A stretch of 64,000 bases of DNA from the NCBI GenBank assembly GCA_038212275.1, contig JBBQUR010000023.1, positions 15,417-79,416 on the forward strand, read 5' to 3'. A program made the position numbers and the translations under genes. The DNA comes from Planctomycetota bacterium (GTDB taxonomy: Bacteria > Planctomycetota > B15-G4). The notes below the pieces were generated by a model, which was not told the origin of the DNA, made no database searches, and was given only the letters and a program-made list of their open reading frames with translations. Positions 1 through 13,900 of this stretch are shown here, piece after piece. Every line of letters begins with the position of its first letter. The stretch's first letter is position 1.

Positions 1-2
1 CG

Positions 3-272
3 GCGCTGGTGCTCGCCGCCACGGTGTTCGCGCTGTGGGACCGGCACTCCCAGTCGCTTCCGATCGAGGACACCGTGACGCAGCGAGCCAGGCTCGCGGC
101 CGTGGGCGGGCGACCCATGACACTCGCCGAGGCGCCGCCGCAACGCCTCGACGCCGAACGCTCCTCGGTGGCCGACGAGGCCGGCGAGGCCGACCCCGTC
201 GCCCACTTGGGTGCGGAGGACGCCGCAGCCGTCGTGCAGGACCTCGCGCCCGCTGTCATCGAGAACCGCTAG
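3..272 (+). CDS. 3' end of a hypothetical protein, truncated by the window edge
   Basis: Frame is open from the window start (ALVLAATVFALW...) to TAG at 270-272. A hydrophobic stretch is followed by a low-complexity tail. Confidence 0.35.
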   Translation, partial: ALVLAATVFALWDRHSQSLPIEDTVTQRARLAAVGGRPMTLAEAPPQRLDAERSSVADEAGEADPVAHLGAEDAAAVVQDLAPAVIENR

Positions 273-431
273 GCCCGCGCAGCAGAGCAGGCGGTTCGCT
301 CCGTCGTCGCTCTCCGCAGTTCCCTCGCCGGGGCCGGGCCGGTGCGAACCTGCGCGCGGCCGCTCGGCAGCGGGCCGATCAGCTCGACAACGGCGCGAAC
401 GGATGCGCCGTCCGCCGGGCACCGTCAGGCC

Positions 432-1022
432 TCATGCGGGTTTCCCCCCGTCCACGCCGGCGGCGGCGCGCGGTGCGTAGAGCCATCGATAGAGCAGCCG
501 CGTGGCACGCGGCATGATCACCCACGTGAGCATCGCCACGGGGATCGCCGTCGAGAGCGCGATGCTCACGACGAAGGGCAGGCCGGCGGGAATGAGGACG
601 GCCAGCAGCATCACCTGCGGCAGCAGCGCGCACCACGTGACCAGCGCCATCTTCCATGCAGGCGGCGCGGAGGGCGGCGCGGGCATGCCCGGCAGCGTGA
701 ACCACGTCTCCAGACCCGAGCGTCTTTGCGGCGTGTCGGCGGCGGTGGCGAGCGCGTCACCCGTCGCGACGAGTGCGCGCACCTCGGGCGCCGATTCCCA
801 GCGTTGCAGCGCCGCCCGACTCGCGAAGCGCAGCAGGATGAAGTACTCGCCGCCGCCCGCGGTGAGCACGGAACTGCCCTGCAGCGTGCCCTCGCGCGAG
901 GCGGACGCCACCAGCTCGCGGATCCACGCCTCGAAGGAGATCTGTGCTCCTGGGCGCGCGCGCCGCTGCAGCACGAACTTCACGGGGCCGTCCGGAGCCG
1001 CGCCGGAGACTGCTTCGTTCAT
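432..1022 (-). CDS. ABM (antibiotic biosynthesis monooxygenase)-like domain plus C-terminal membrane segment
   Basis: Starts MNEAVSG. Contains FEAW...ILLRF...LQRWE...GLETWF..P..PPAWKMALVTW...LTWVIMP, the pattern of membrane-anchored ABM-like proteins. Last gene of the minus-strand operon. Confidence 0.7.
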   Translation of the reverse strand: MNEAVSGAAPDGPVKFVLQRRARPGAQISFEAWIRELVASASREGTLQGSSVLTAGGGEYFILLRFASRAALQRWESAPEVRALVATGDALATAADTPQRRSGLETWFTLPGMPAPPSAPPAWKMALVTWCALLPQVMLLAVLIPAGLPFVVSIALSTAIPVAMLTWVIMPRATRLLYRWLYAPRAAAGVDGGKPA

Positions 1023-1045
1023 GGCGCAACCCTCCGCAGCGAGAC

Positions 1046-2884
1046 TCAGAACACGAAGCAGGCGCAGCCCGTATCCCACGGCGAGTGGCCGGCGAAGGGG
1101 CCACCGGGCGCGTCGACGGCCGCGCTCGAGACACCGCCCGCCGTCTCCGTCCGCGACGTCGACGACGCGCCTCCCGCTGCGCGTCCGCGCGCGGCCGTCG
1201 GTGACCAGTCGGGACTTGCGGGCGGCAGTGGCGGCGCGTGCGACGCGAAGGCGTCCGCACCGTGCACGATGCGCCCGCCGACGACGGTGAGCACCGACTC
1301 CAGCCGCTTGATGGATTCTTCCGGAACGCTGAAGTAGTCGGCGCTGAGCACGGCGAGATCCGCGTGGCGACCGACGGCAAGCGTGCCCTTGGCGTCTGCT
1401 TCGCCGGAGAACCACGCGCTTCCCTGCGTGTAGAGACGCAGCGCGTCGGTGCGGGAGAGGCGGTTGTCGGGCGCGGCCAGCTGCGTGCCGCCCACAGACT
1501 TGCCGGTGACCATCCAGTAGAGCGCGACCCACGGGTTGTAGCTGGCGACGCGCGTCGCGTCCGTGCCGGCGCCCACCGGGATGCCGAGGTCGAGCATGCG
1601 CCGGATCGGCGGCGTGTGCCGTGCTGCGGCCGTGCCGTAGCGCTTGATGAAGTGCTCGCCCTGGAAGGCCATGCGCGACTGCACGGCAATGCCGCCGCCC
1701 AGCGCGGCCGTGCGCTCGAGGCTGGCGGGCGTCGCCGTCTCGGCGTGATCGAACCACCAGCGCAGGCCGGCGAAGGGCACCTCGCGATTCACGCGCTCGA
1801 ACACGTCGAGGAAGCGGCGGATGGACTCGTCGTAGGTGGCGTGCAGCCGGAAGGGCCAGCGCTGCTCCACGAGGTGGCGCACCACCGCGTGCAGGCTGTC
1901 CTCGAGCGAGGCGGGCAGATCGGGGCGCGGCTCCAGGAAGTTCTCGAAGTCGGCGGCGGAGTAGACCAGCATCTCGCCCGCGCCGTTGAGCTTGTAGAAG
2001 TCGTCGCCCTGGCCGGGCTTCGTCGTCGAGGTCCACTTGCGGAAGTCGTCGAGCTCCTGGCCGGGCCGCTGCGTGAAGAGGTTGTAGGCGATGCGCAGAG
2101 TGAGTTCGTCGCGCCCGTGCAGGTGCTCGATGACCTTGTAGTCCTCGGGATAGTTCTGGAAGCCGCCGCCCGCGTCGATGACGGAGGTGAGGCCGAGATG
2201 ATTGAGCTCGCGCATGAAGTGCCGCGAGGAGTTCACCTGGTCGTCCCAGCCGAGCTTCGGGCCCCTGGCGAGCGTGGAGTACAGGATCATCGCGCTGGGC
2301 TTGGCGATGAGCAGCCCGGTGGGGTCGCCCTTCGCATCGTGCTGGATCTCGCCGCCCGGCGGGTTCGGCGTGTTGCGGTCGTAGCCGAGCACGCGCAGCG
2401 CGGCGGCATTCAGCAGCGCGAGGCCGTACAGATAGAGGATGAAGACCGGCGTGTCCGGCGCCGCGGCATTGATCTCCGCGAGCGTCGGCATGCGCCGCTC
2501 CGCGAACTGGAACTCCGTCCAGCCGCCCACCACGCGCACCCACTGAGGCGCCGGCGTGCGCTGCGCCTGTTCACGCAGCAGCCGCAGCGCGTCCGCGAGC
2601 GACGGCACGCCGTCCCAGCGCAGCTCCATGTTGTAGTTGAGGCCGCCGCGAATGGTGTGGATGTGAGAATCCACGAGGCCGGGGATCACGGTCCGCCCGC
2701 CGAGTTTCACCACGCGCGTGGACGGGCCGACGTGGCGCTGCACGTCGGCGTCGCTCCCCACGGCCACGAAGGCGCCGCCGCGGATGGCGAGCGCGCTGGC
2801 CGACGGGCGCGCCGGGTCGAGCGTCGCGATCCGGCCTCCCGTCAGCACGAGATCGGCCATGGTTTCTGCGGATGAAGCGGACAT
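1046..2884 (-). CDS. Metal-dependent amidohydrolase (YtcJ-like, amidohydrolase_3)
   Basis: Motifs PGLVDSHIH, RLHAT, DHAE, GTDATRV, GRHADLAVLS and C-terminal GCACFVF. GAGGAGG RBS precedes the ATG at 2884. Confidence 0.9.
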   Translation of the reverse strand: MSASSAETMADLVLTGGRIATLDPARPSASALAIRGGAFVAVGSDADVQRHVGPSTRVVKLGGRTVIPGLVDSHIHTIRGGLNYNMELRWDGVPSLADALRLLREQAQRTPAPQWVRVVGGWTEFQFAERRMPTLAEINAAAPDTPVFILYLYGLALLNAAALRVLGYDRNTPNPPGGEIQHDAKGDPTGLLIAKPSAMILYSTLARGPKLGWDDQVNSSRHFMRELNHLGLTSVIDAGGGFQNYPEDYKVIEHLHGRDELTLRIAYNLFTQRPGQELDDFRKWTSTTKPGQGDDFYKLNGAGEMLVYSAADFENFLEPRPDLPASLEDSLHAVVRHLVEQRWPFRLHATYDESIRRFLDVFERVNREVPFAGLRWWFDHAETATPASLERTAALGGGIAVQSRMAFQGEHFIKRYGTAAARHTPPIRRMLDLGIPVGAGTDATRVASYNPWVALYWMVTGKSVGGTQLAAPDNRLSRTDALRLYTQGSAWFSGEADAKGTLAVGRHADLAVLSADYFSVPEESIKRLESVLTVVGGRIVHGADAFASHAPPLPPASPDWSPTAARGRAAGGASSTSRTETAGGVSSAAVDAPGGPFAGHSPWDTGCACFVF

Positions 2885-2973
2885 GGCGGCCTCCTCGACG
2901 TGGCGTGGTGTGCGTGCCGTGGCGGGTTGCGCTGCGGGCATCGTCACTGTGCCGGCGCCCGCAGCGCGAGATC

Positions 2974-3687
2974 TCAGGCGTGCGCGGGGACCTTGGAAGG
3001 CGTCGGCACGATGTAGTCGGGGAACTTCGTCGGCGGCGCGCCGTGCACCATCGTGTAGGCGTACTCCACGCCGGCGCCGTACGCGCCGCAGTGGTTCTTG
3101 ACGATGTCCATGACCGCGTCGTAGGTGCCCTTGTGCGCCCAGTCGCGCTGCCACTCAAGCATCACCGACAGCGCGGTCACGGGCTTCGCACCGGCCTGGA
3201 TCACGCGCTTCATCGCGTTGTCATGCGCGAGCAGGCTCACGTCGCCGCAGCAATCCTCGACGACGTAGATCTCGTAGCCATCGTGGATGGCCTGGATGGT
3301 CGGAAGGGCGACGCAGGTCTCGGTCCACAGTCCCGTGAGCACGATCTTCCTGCGCCCGGTCTTCTCGATCGCCGCGACGAAGTTGCGGTCGTCCCAGGAG
3401 TTCATCGTGGTGCGCTCGATCGGCGCCTGGCGCGGAAACACGGCCTGGATCTGCGGCCACATGTTGCCGGAGAAGCCCTTGGTCTCCACGGTGGAGAGCA
3501 CCACGGGCACGTCGAAGACGCGCGCGGCTTTCGTGAGCAGCAGGTTGTTGTTGATGATGGACTGCCGGTCGTGGCTGGCCACGCCGAACAGCATCTGCGG
3601 CTGCAGGTCGATGACGGCCACCACGCAATTGTCGGGCGTGAGCAGTCCCTTCTCGCTGAGCTTCGGTCGCTTGTCGCCGGATGACAT
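2974..3687 (-). CDS. ycaC: Isochorismatase-family cysteine hydrolase (YcaC-like)
   Basis: Motifs IDLQPQM, ERTTMNSWDD, GLWTETCV and EWQRDWA. AGGAG RBS. Confidence 0.88.
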   Translation of the reverse strand: MSSGDKRPKLSEKGLLTPDNCVVAVIDLQPQMLFGVASHDRQSIINNNLLLTKAARVFDVPVVLSTVETKGFSGNMWPQIQAVFPRQAPIERTTMNSWDDRNFVAAIEKTGRRKIVLTGLWTETCVALPTIQAIHDGYEIYVVEDCCGDVSLLAHDNAMKRVIQAGAKPVTALSVMLEWQRDWAHKGTYDAVMDIVKNHCGAYGAGVEYAYTMVHGAPPTKFPDYIVPTPSKVPAHA

Positions 3688-3725
3688 GACGTTCTCCTGA
3701 TGAGTGTGAAGGAAAGTGAAGGACA

Positions 3726-4481
3726 TCAGACCTGCGCGGAGCCGCCATCCACGAAGAGTTCGGTGCCGGTGATGTAGCTGGCGTCGTCCGAGGCGAGGAA
3801 GACCACGGCCTTCGCGATCTCGTCGGGCGTGCCGGTGCGGCCCATCGGCGTGGTCGCCTCGGCGTGGGCCTTGAGCTTGTCGATCTGCGCGTCGCTCAGG
3901 CCGAGTTCATTGCGATACCCGGGCGTGACCACCGTGCCGGGGCTCACCTGGTTGATGCGGATCTTGCGCGACTGCAGGTCCCACGCGAAGGTCCGCACGA
4001 AGGAGCGCAGCGCAGCCTTCGTCGCCGCGTAGACGCCGAAGGCAGGCATGCCCTTGATGGAGACCATCGAGCCGTTGAGCACGATGGCCGAGCCGGGTGG
4101 CATCAGCGGCAGCGCCTTCTGCACCGTGAAGAGCGTGCCCTTCACGTTGATGCCGAAGTACTTGTCGTAGTGCTCCTCGGTGATCTCGCCAAGCGGCATG
4201 AAGGTGCCGCCGCCAGCGTTGGCGAAGAGCACGTCGAGACGACCCTTGCTCTTGCCGATGACGGCGAAGAGACGATCGAGGTCGTCGAGCTTCGAAGAGT
4301 CGCAGCGCACTGCCGTCGCCTGCGGGCCCAGCTCCTTCGCCGCCGCGTCCAGCGCATCCTGTCGACGCCCGGTGATGAAGACGTACGCGCCCTCGGCGAT
4401 GAAGCGCCGCGCGGTGGCCAGGCCGAGGCCGCTGCTTCCACCGGTGACGAGCGCCACCTTGCCTGCCAACCTTGACGCCAT
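3726..4481 (-). CDS. Short-chain dehydrogenase/reductase (SDR)
   Basis: TGGSSGLG, NAG and YAATK (YxxxK) motifs. Confidence 0.95.
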   Translation of the reverse strand: MASRLAGKVALVTGGSSGLGLATARRFIAEGAYVFITGRRQDALDAAAKELGPQATAVRCDSSKLDDLDRLFAVIGKSKGRLDVLFANAGGGTFMPLGEITEEHYDKYFGINVKGTLFTVQKALPLMPPGSAIVLNGSMVSIKGMPAFGVYAATKAALRSFVRTFAWDLQSRKIRINQVSPGTVVTPGYRNELGLSDAQIDKLKAHAEATTPMGRTGTPDEIAKAVVFLASDDASYITGTELFVDGGSAQV

Positions 4482-4555
4482 GTGTCTGCTCCCTGCTCGA
4501 GGTGTCGAAGAGTTTCTGAAGTCGGTTCGTCGCGACTGCCGCGCGCACTGCCCTG

Positions 4556-4575
4556 CTGAGCGTGAAGGGTGGACA
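4556..4575 (-). promoter_or_regulatory. Conserved 20-bp upstream motif, copy 1 (TGTCCACCCTTCACGCTCAG); candidate ECF promoter or operator
   Basis: 17/20 identical to 8824-8843. Lies 74 bp upstream of the SDR start, in the same orientation as the operon. Confidence 0.6.
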
Positions 4576-4589
4576 GTCGTCCGCTCTCC

Positions 4590-8012
<3,423 letters not shown>

Positions 8013-8061
8013 GCTGGCTGGCTCCCCGACGCGGCCCGATGCGGCGCGCGACGGCCGTCGT

Positions 8062-8679
8062 CTACATGGCTTCCGAGGCGTTGTTCGCGGGGCGAAGATC
8101 TCCGACCTGCTCCATCAACAGCACGAGGCCGCGATGGAGGCGCCGCTGCACGGTCTTGGGCGAGACCTCCAGCACCTCGGCCGCCTCGGCGTGCGTCATG
8201 CCCTGGATGCGCACGAGGCCGAAGACCTCGCGCTCGGTCTCGGGCAGCCTTTCGATGGCATCGAGCATGCGGCTCATGTTCGGACTCGGCCCCTGGACGC
8301 TGCTGGCTGACGACGCCGCCGGGGCGTCCACCAGCTCGAGGGCGCGCGGCTGTTCGTCTAAGCGGCGGGCCAGGTCATTCAGCTCCCAGCGCATGTGCTG
8401 ATTGGCCAGCGCGAAGAACTGGCGCACGTTGCCGGGCTTCACGGTGCGCATCGCCTTGAGCAGGCGCTCCACCACCGCCGAGAGCAACTCGTCGTGCTGC
8501 AGGTTGAGCGGCGGGCGCGTCAGGCGCGGATAGGCGCGGTAGAGCAGGTTGGCGGACAGTGCGGCCAACCGCGTGGCGGACTGCGCCAGCAGGGCGCGCA
8601 CGATCGGCTCGGCGGTCGCATCGCTGGCCAGTTCGTCCAGGTAGCGCTGGACGGCCACGGTCGTGTGTCCTTCATTCAC
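8062..8679 (-). CDS. ECF sigma-70 factor (kinase-associated type)
   Basis: Region 2 ([19 protein letters not shown]) and region 4 HTH (LPETEREVF...[22 protein letters not shown]). GTG start inferred. Directly upstream of the kinase. Confidence 0.85.
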   Translation of the reverse strand: MNEGHTTVAVQRYLDELASDATAEPIVRALLAQSATRLAALSANLLYRAYPRLTRPPLNLQHDELLSAVVERLLKAMRTVKPGNVRQFFALANQHMRWELNDLARRLDEQPRALELVDAPAASSASSVQGPSPNMSRMLDAIERLPETEREVFGLVRIQGMTHAEAAEVLEVSPKTVQRRLHRGLVLLMEQVGDLRPANNASEAM

Positions 8680-8823
8680 GACGAAACGCCTCGGACTCGC
8701 GACGGTGTGGCCGTCGCACCACGCACGAGGCGCCGATCGTAATCGACGGCGCGACGGCCGCGCACGCGCACGCGCACCTGATGCGCGAGTCACCAGATGC
8801 GCCGCGAGGTCCCGTCGGCATGG

Positions 8824-8843
8824 TGTCCATCCTTTGCGCTCAG
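8824..8843 (+). promoter_or_regulatory. Conserved 20-bp upstream motif, copy 2 (TGTCCATCCTTTGCGCTCAG)
   Basis: 17/20 identical to the 4556-4575 minus-strand copy. Embedded in a TGTCC-N18-GGACA inverted repeat in the divergent ECF/hydrolase intergenic region. Confidence 0.6.
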
Positions 8844-8962
8844 TGAGGACACACCGTCCGTGGGCCAGACGTGTTGTCCACGACGGATTCATCCGCGCCG
8901 GAGACCGGACCGGGGCATCGCGCCCGATCCCGTCGCATGGCCTTGTTCCCGGAGGGCAGCTC

Positions 8963-9787
8963 ATGACCACCATCACCACGAAGGACGGTACGCAGATCTG
9001 GTTCAAGGACTGGGGCAAGGGACCGCCCGTCGTGTTCTCGCACGGCTGGCCTCTGAATGCCGACAGCTGGGAGGACCAGATGCTCTTCCTGGCCGAGCGC
9101 GGCTTCCGCTGCATCGCGCACGACCGGCGCGGCCACGGCCGCAGCAGCCAGCCGTGGCACGGCAACGAGATGGACACTTATGCGGACGACCTCGCGGCGC
9201 TCATGAATGCGCTGGACCTGAAGGGCGCCACGCTCATGGGCTTCTCCACCGGCGGCGGAGAAGTGGCGCGCTACATCGGCCGCCACGGCACCGGGCGCGT
9301 CGCGAAGGCCGCGCTGATCTCCGCCGTGCCGCCGCTCATGCTGAAGACGCCGGCCAATCCTGGCGGCCTGCCCATCGAGGCCTTCGACGCCATCCGCGCC
9401 GGTTCCCTCGCCGATCGCTCGCAGCAATACCGCGATCTCGCGAGCGGCCCCTTCTACGGCTTCAACCGCCCGGGGAGTAAAGCCTCGCAGGGAGCCATCG
9501 ACTCCTTCTGGTCGCAGGGCATGCAGGCCGGTCACAAGAACGCCTACGACTGCATCAAGGCCTTCTCGGAGACCGACTTCACGCAGGACCTGAAGCGTTT
9601 CGACGTGCCGACGCTCGTCATCCACGGCGACGACGACCAGATCGTTCCCATCGATGCCGGCGGGCGTGCGTCCGCGAAGCTCGTGAAGAATGCGCGCCTC
9701 ATCGTGTACGCGGGCGCCCCGCACGGGCTCACCACGACGTTCAAGGACCGCGTGAACACCGACCTGCTCGACTTCCTCAGGAGCTGA
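8963..9787 (+). CDS. Non-heme haloperoxidase/perhydrolase-type alpha/beta hydrolase
   Basis: Motifs [23 protein letters not shown] (nucleophile elbow), HGDDDQIVP and GAPHG. GGAGG RBS. Confidence 0.92.
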   Translation: MTTITTKDGTQIWFKDWGKGPPVVFSHGWPLNADSWEDQMLFLAERGFRCIAHDRRGHGRSSQPWHGNEMDTYADDLAALMNALDLKGATLMGFSTGGGEVARYIGRHGTGRVAKAALISAVPPLMLKTPANPGGLPIEAFDAIRAGSLADRSQQYRDLASGPFYGFNRPGSKASQGAIDSFWSQGMQAGHKNAYDCIKAFSETDFTQDLKRFDVPTLVIHGDDDQIVPIDAGGRASAKLVKNARLIVYAGAPHGLTTTFKDRVNTDLLDFLRS

Positions 9788-10748
9788 CGGCGCCGGACGG
9801 CGCCGGGTCTCCCAGGGACTCGATCTCCGAGAGCCGGTCCAGCGCCACGCCCATCGGGCCGCCGTCGTCCGGGCGCAGGAGGATGCTCGCGAAGCGCGCA
9901 TTCCAGTCGACCTCGTCGGACTTGTACGAGGAGCGCGAGTGCACAAGCTGCGCCCAGGTCTCGTCGGTGCCCGCGAGGATCACGAGGAACTCGGCGTCGG
10001 CCGCGTGCAGGCGGCGACTGTCCATGCCCGCGAGCGGGCTGCGCGCATCGATGGGGTGCACGATGGTCCAGGTGAGCGGGAAGAGAGCGACGTGGTCGCG
10101 TTCCAGCGGCAGATCGTGGAAGCGACGCACGCTTCGGCCCGCCTCGTCGACCTCCATGAGGCTGAGCAGCACCTGCGCCCGCAGGTCGAGGAGCTGGCTG
10201 CGGCTCGTGTTGACGATGCGGAACTCGAAGGCGGTGATGCCGCGATACGGCGCCACGACGGCCCGGTCGCTGTAGCGGACGCGTGCGATCGGCCGCGAGA
10301 AGCGCGCGAACACGACGCCGGACGAGAGCGCGAACACGAGCAGGCCGCAAAGGGCTTCGAACACCACCAGCAGATTGGCCGACAGGTTCGCGGGCGCGAC
10401 GTGGCCGTAGCCGATGGTCGAGAAGGTCTGCACGCTGAAGAAGAAGGCGCGCGCCCAGTGACCGGCGGTGCCCTCCACGGCCGGACCGTCCAGTGCGTCG
10501 GGCCCGCAGGCCATGTAGGCGCCGGCGAACAGCAGGTTGAGGGCGACGAACATCGCCGCGACGAGAAGCAGGAAGCGCGGCCAGCTCAGCGTGAGCAGGA
10601 GGTGGTAGTCGCCCAGGGAGGTGACCAGCCCGCGCCGTCGCCGCACGACATTGAAGGAGCCGTCATGATTGAGCAGCCGCTGGCGGCTCTCGCGCGCGAC
10701 GATGTTGCCGAAGCCGAGATCCCGCGTGTCATCCGTGCCGGAAGTCAT
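9777..10748 (-). CDS. Inward-rectifier potassium channel (KirBac-like)
   Basis: [14 protein letters not shown] selectivity filter, two TM helices, FARFSRP and the WTIVHPID...SPL cytoplasmic domain. Overlaps the convergent hydrolase by 11 bp. Confidence 0.92.
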   Translation of the reverse strand: MTSGTDDTRDLGFGNIVARESRQRLLNHDGSFNVVRRRRGLVTSLGDYHLLLTLSWPRFLLLVAAMFVALNLLFAGAYMACGPDALDGPAVEGTAGHWARAFFFSVQTFSTIGYGHVAPANLSANLLVVFEALCGLLVFALSSGVVFARFSRPIARVRYSDRAVVAPYRGITAFEFRIVNTSRSQLLDLRAQVLLSLMEVDEAGRSVRRFHDLPLERDHVALFPLTWTIVHPIDARSPLAGMDSRRLHAADAEFLVILAGTDETWAQLVHSRSSYKSDEVDWNARFASILLRPDDGGPMGVALDRLSEIESLGDPAPSGAVSS

Positions 10749-10920
10749 GGGGGCGCAGTCTAGCCATCGACCGCAGCCGGACATCGCCCGGAAACCCGGG
10801 CAACTCAGCTCGCCGATCTCCCCCGCGCGCGCGCGGGAGTGTCGCGCGGGGAGTCGCGGACAGGGAGGTCGGCGTCCCTCCGAGCCCCGGCGTCATGGCT
10901 GCGAGGGCCCGCTGCAGAAG

Positions 10921-10950
10921 GCCGGGGCGGGCGGTCACGCCCGCCCCGGC
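10921..10950 (-). terminator. GC-rich hairpin downstream of the large secreted-protein gene
   Basis: GCCGGGGCGGGCG-GTCA-CGCCCGCCCCGGC forms a perfect 13-bp stem. The U-tract is weak. Confidence 0.5.
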
Positions 10951-10985
10951 TTCACCATCGCGTTGTCCGTCGACGACTCCGTCGA

Positions 10986-13900
10986 TCAGCGGATCTTCGG
11001 AGTCGCGTTGCGCAGGATGTCCGACAGCTCGTTGGGCAGACCCTGCTCGTTCTCGAACAACCTCACGTCGAGATGATCGACCCAGCCGTCGCCGTTGAGG
11101 TCGGCGGCCTTCGTGATCGCGCCGGTGACGCGCAGGTAGGCCTTGCGCTCCAGGTGCTCCGGGTGATCCCCACGCCGGTGCGAGACGAGCGGAATGGCGC
11201 AGGTGCAAGCCGACGTGGTCAGCCAGTTGGCCACCTGGAAGCCGTAGTCCTCGGCGGCGACCGCACCGTTGTTGCTGAAGTCGGCATCGCGCGTGCCGTC
11301 CCACGGGCAGCTGCCGGATGCGGCAAGGCCGCCGTACTGGGCGATCAGCCACGTGACGTCATTGATGTCGACGTCGCCGTCATTGTCCGTGTCGCCGCCC
11401 TCGAGATCGAGCGTGCCGGTCGCCACGTACTTCGTTCCGCTGATCGTCAGCGGTACCGTGTGCCATTCCGTGTGCTGCTCGTCCTTCGCGCACAGCATGG
11501 TGTATGAGCCGCACGGAATTTCGATGTCGCCCGTGAACAGGCCGGTGCCGTCGAAGGCCAGCGGGATGTCCGTGAAGGCGCACGTGTTCGTCTGGAACCG
11601 GATGCAGCGCATGGAAGCCACATTCACTCCCACGAGCTGCACGCTGACCGTCGCCACATTGGTGGAGGTGACCGTCACGTCGAACGACGTCATGCTCGTG
11701 TTGCCGCAGTCATCCGTCGCCACGCACGAAACCACCGTCGTACCGACCGGGAAGGTCGAGCCGGACGGCGGGTAGCACGCGACGGTGGGAATGCTGCAGT
11801 TGTCCGTCGCCACGGGCGTTGCAAACGTGACCACGCGACCGCTGCATCCGCCGGCCAGACTGGCGTCGGCGGCCACATTGATGTTGGCCGACGGGCCGAG
11901 CACGGGCGGCGTCGCATCCGCGACCAGCGATCCAGAGTTCATGAGCGAAGTCACCAGCGGCACGCCGACGTAGCTGAGCTCGGAGTCGAACGCCTGCGTC
12001 AGGTCGAAGTCGAGGTCGAACGGCGTGCACTCGTTCGCCACCGTGAAGACCAGCGTGGCGAGCAGACTGTCGGCGATCGTGGAACCGGAGAAACTGCTGC
12101 CATCCAGACGCAGCTGTCCCGGCACCACGTCAGCCGTCGCGATGGGCTGCAAATGGGACGAGAAGGGGCTGGCGCTGTAGCTGCTCGAAGCTCCGACGTA
12201 GCTCAGCAGCGAGGAATTGTAGGAGAGGAAGGCCTGGTAGCCGGTGGCCGCCGACGCGAGATTGCGCGCGTAGAGCCGCACCTTGACTTGGACGCCAGGC
12301 AGGTTGCAGTCCTGGTCGGACTGGCACGCGTCCGCCTCGAGCAGCAGGCTCGTGCCGTTCGTGGCGACGAGCGTGATCGCGGTGCGTGCGACTTCCGTCG
12401 TGCCATCGTAGGCCGCGAGGAAGTACTCGTAGTGGCCCGGCACGTTCGGGTTCCACGCGTACGGCGCCATGTTCTGATAGAACGTCGGGCGCCACGAATT
12501 CTGGGCGAGGTTGTACGTCGTCAGGTAGCCCGCATACGTCGGGCCATCGCCCGCCTCGACGCCCGCCCCGGTGAGCGTCGCGTTCGTTCCCATCGAGTGA
12601 TCCCAGTAGGGCACCGGGCCCACGGGAACCGTGTAGGGGATGATGGTGCCGATGCTGATCGGATCGAAGATCAGGTAGTTCGTGCCCGGACCCGGGTCGT
12701 TGTCCATGCCGATCCTGTAGGTTCGAGCTCCGACGTTGAGCCCCGAGCTCCCGTCGTAGTTGGTGTTGACGGAGAAGTCGAAGTTCCACTCGGAGTTCGG
12801 GAAGGAACCCGTCCCGGAGCCCGTGTTGAACGTGTAGGTCCCGTCGCCATTGCTGTTGAAGATGTTGGACGACGGCTCGCGCAGCTTGCCGCGCATGCCC
12901 AGTTCGACGCCACCTGCACGGGCGACCGTGAACGAACCGTTGGCATTGCCGCCGCCGTAGATCGCGTTGCTGGTCACGTTCTGGTCGTACGTCGTCGCCG
13001 TATTGACGATGATCGTGATGTGCGTGCGTGCGAGTTCCGTGGCGCCGTCATACGCCGCCAGGTAGTACTCGTATCGGCCCGGGACGTTCGGGTTCCAGAG
13101 GTACGGCGCGGCGTTCTGATAGAACGTCGGCCGCCACGAGTTCTGGGCGAGGTTGTAGGTCGCCAGATTGGTCGCGTAGGTGACCGCATCGCCGGCTTCG
13201 ACGCCCGCGCCGCCCGCCGTGGAGTTGTCGCCCATGGAGTGATCCCAGAAGGGGACCGTCACCGGCGTGCTGTAGGGGATGACCGAACCGGCACTGATCG
13301 GATCGAACACGAGGTAGTTCGCGCCCGGGCCCGGATCGTTGTCCATGCCGATCTTGTACGTGTGGCTTCCGACCTTGAGGCCGGTGCTGTTGTCGTAGTC
13401 GGTGTTGACCGAGAACTCGAAGCTCCACTCGGAGTTCGGGTAGAGGCCGGTGCCTGAGCCCGTATTGAACGTGTAGGTGCCGTCACCATTGCTGTTGAAG
13501 ACGTTTGCAGCCGGATAGCGCAGCTTGCCGCGCATTCCGAGTTCGAGGCCGTTGACTCGCACGGTCGTGAACGAACCGTTGGCGTTGCCGCTGCCGTAGA
13601 TCGCGTTGCTGGTCACGTTCTGGTCCCAGCCGGTCACGGGGGTCCCGAAGGTGACGACCGCGTTGCTGAGGTAGGCGCTGGACTGGAACTGATTGACGTA
13701 CACGCTGCCGCCGGCGTTGCCGGAGCCGATGCCGAACTGCACGCTCGTGATGACCGCGCCCGGCGCCGTGATGAGTGCGTACACGTCGCCAATGGTCTTC
13801 GCACCGCTGAAGACCATCGCGTTTCCGACCATGGCGGACAGCGTGACCGGCGTGCCGATGGTGCCGGCACCTGCCTTGCGGTCGAAGAACCACCACTTTC

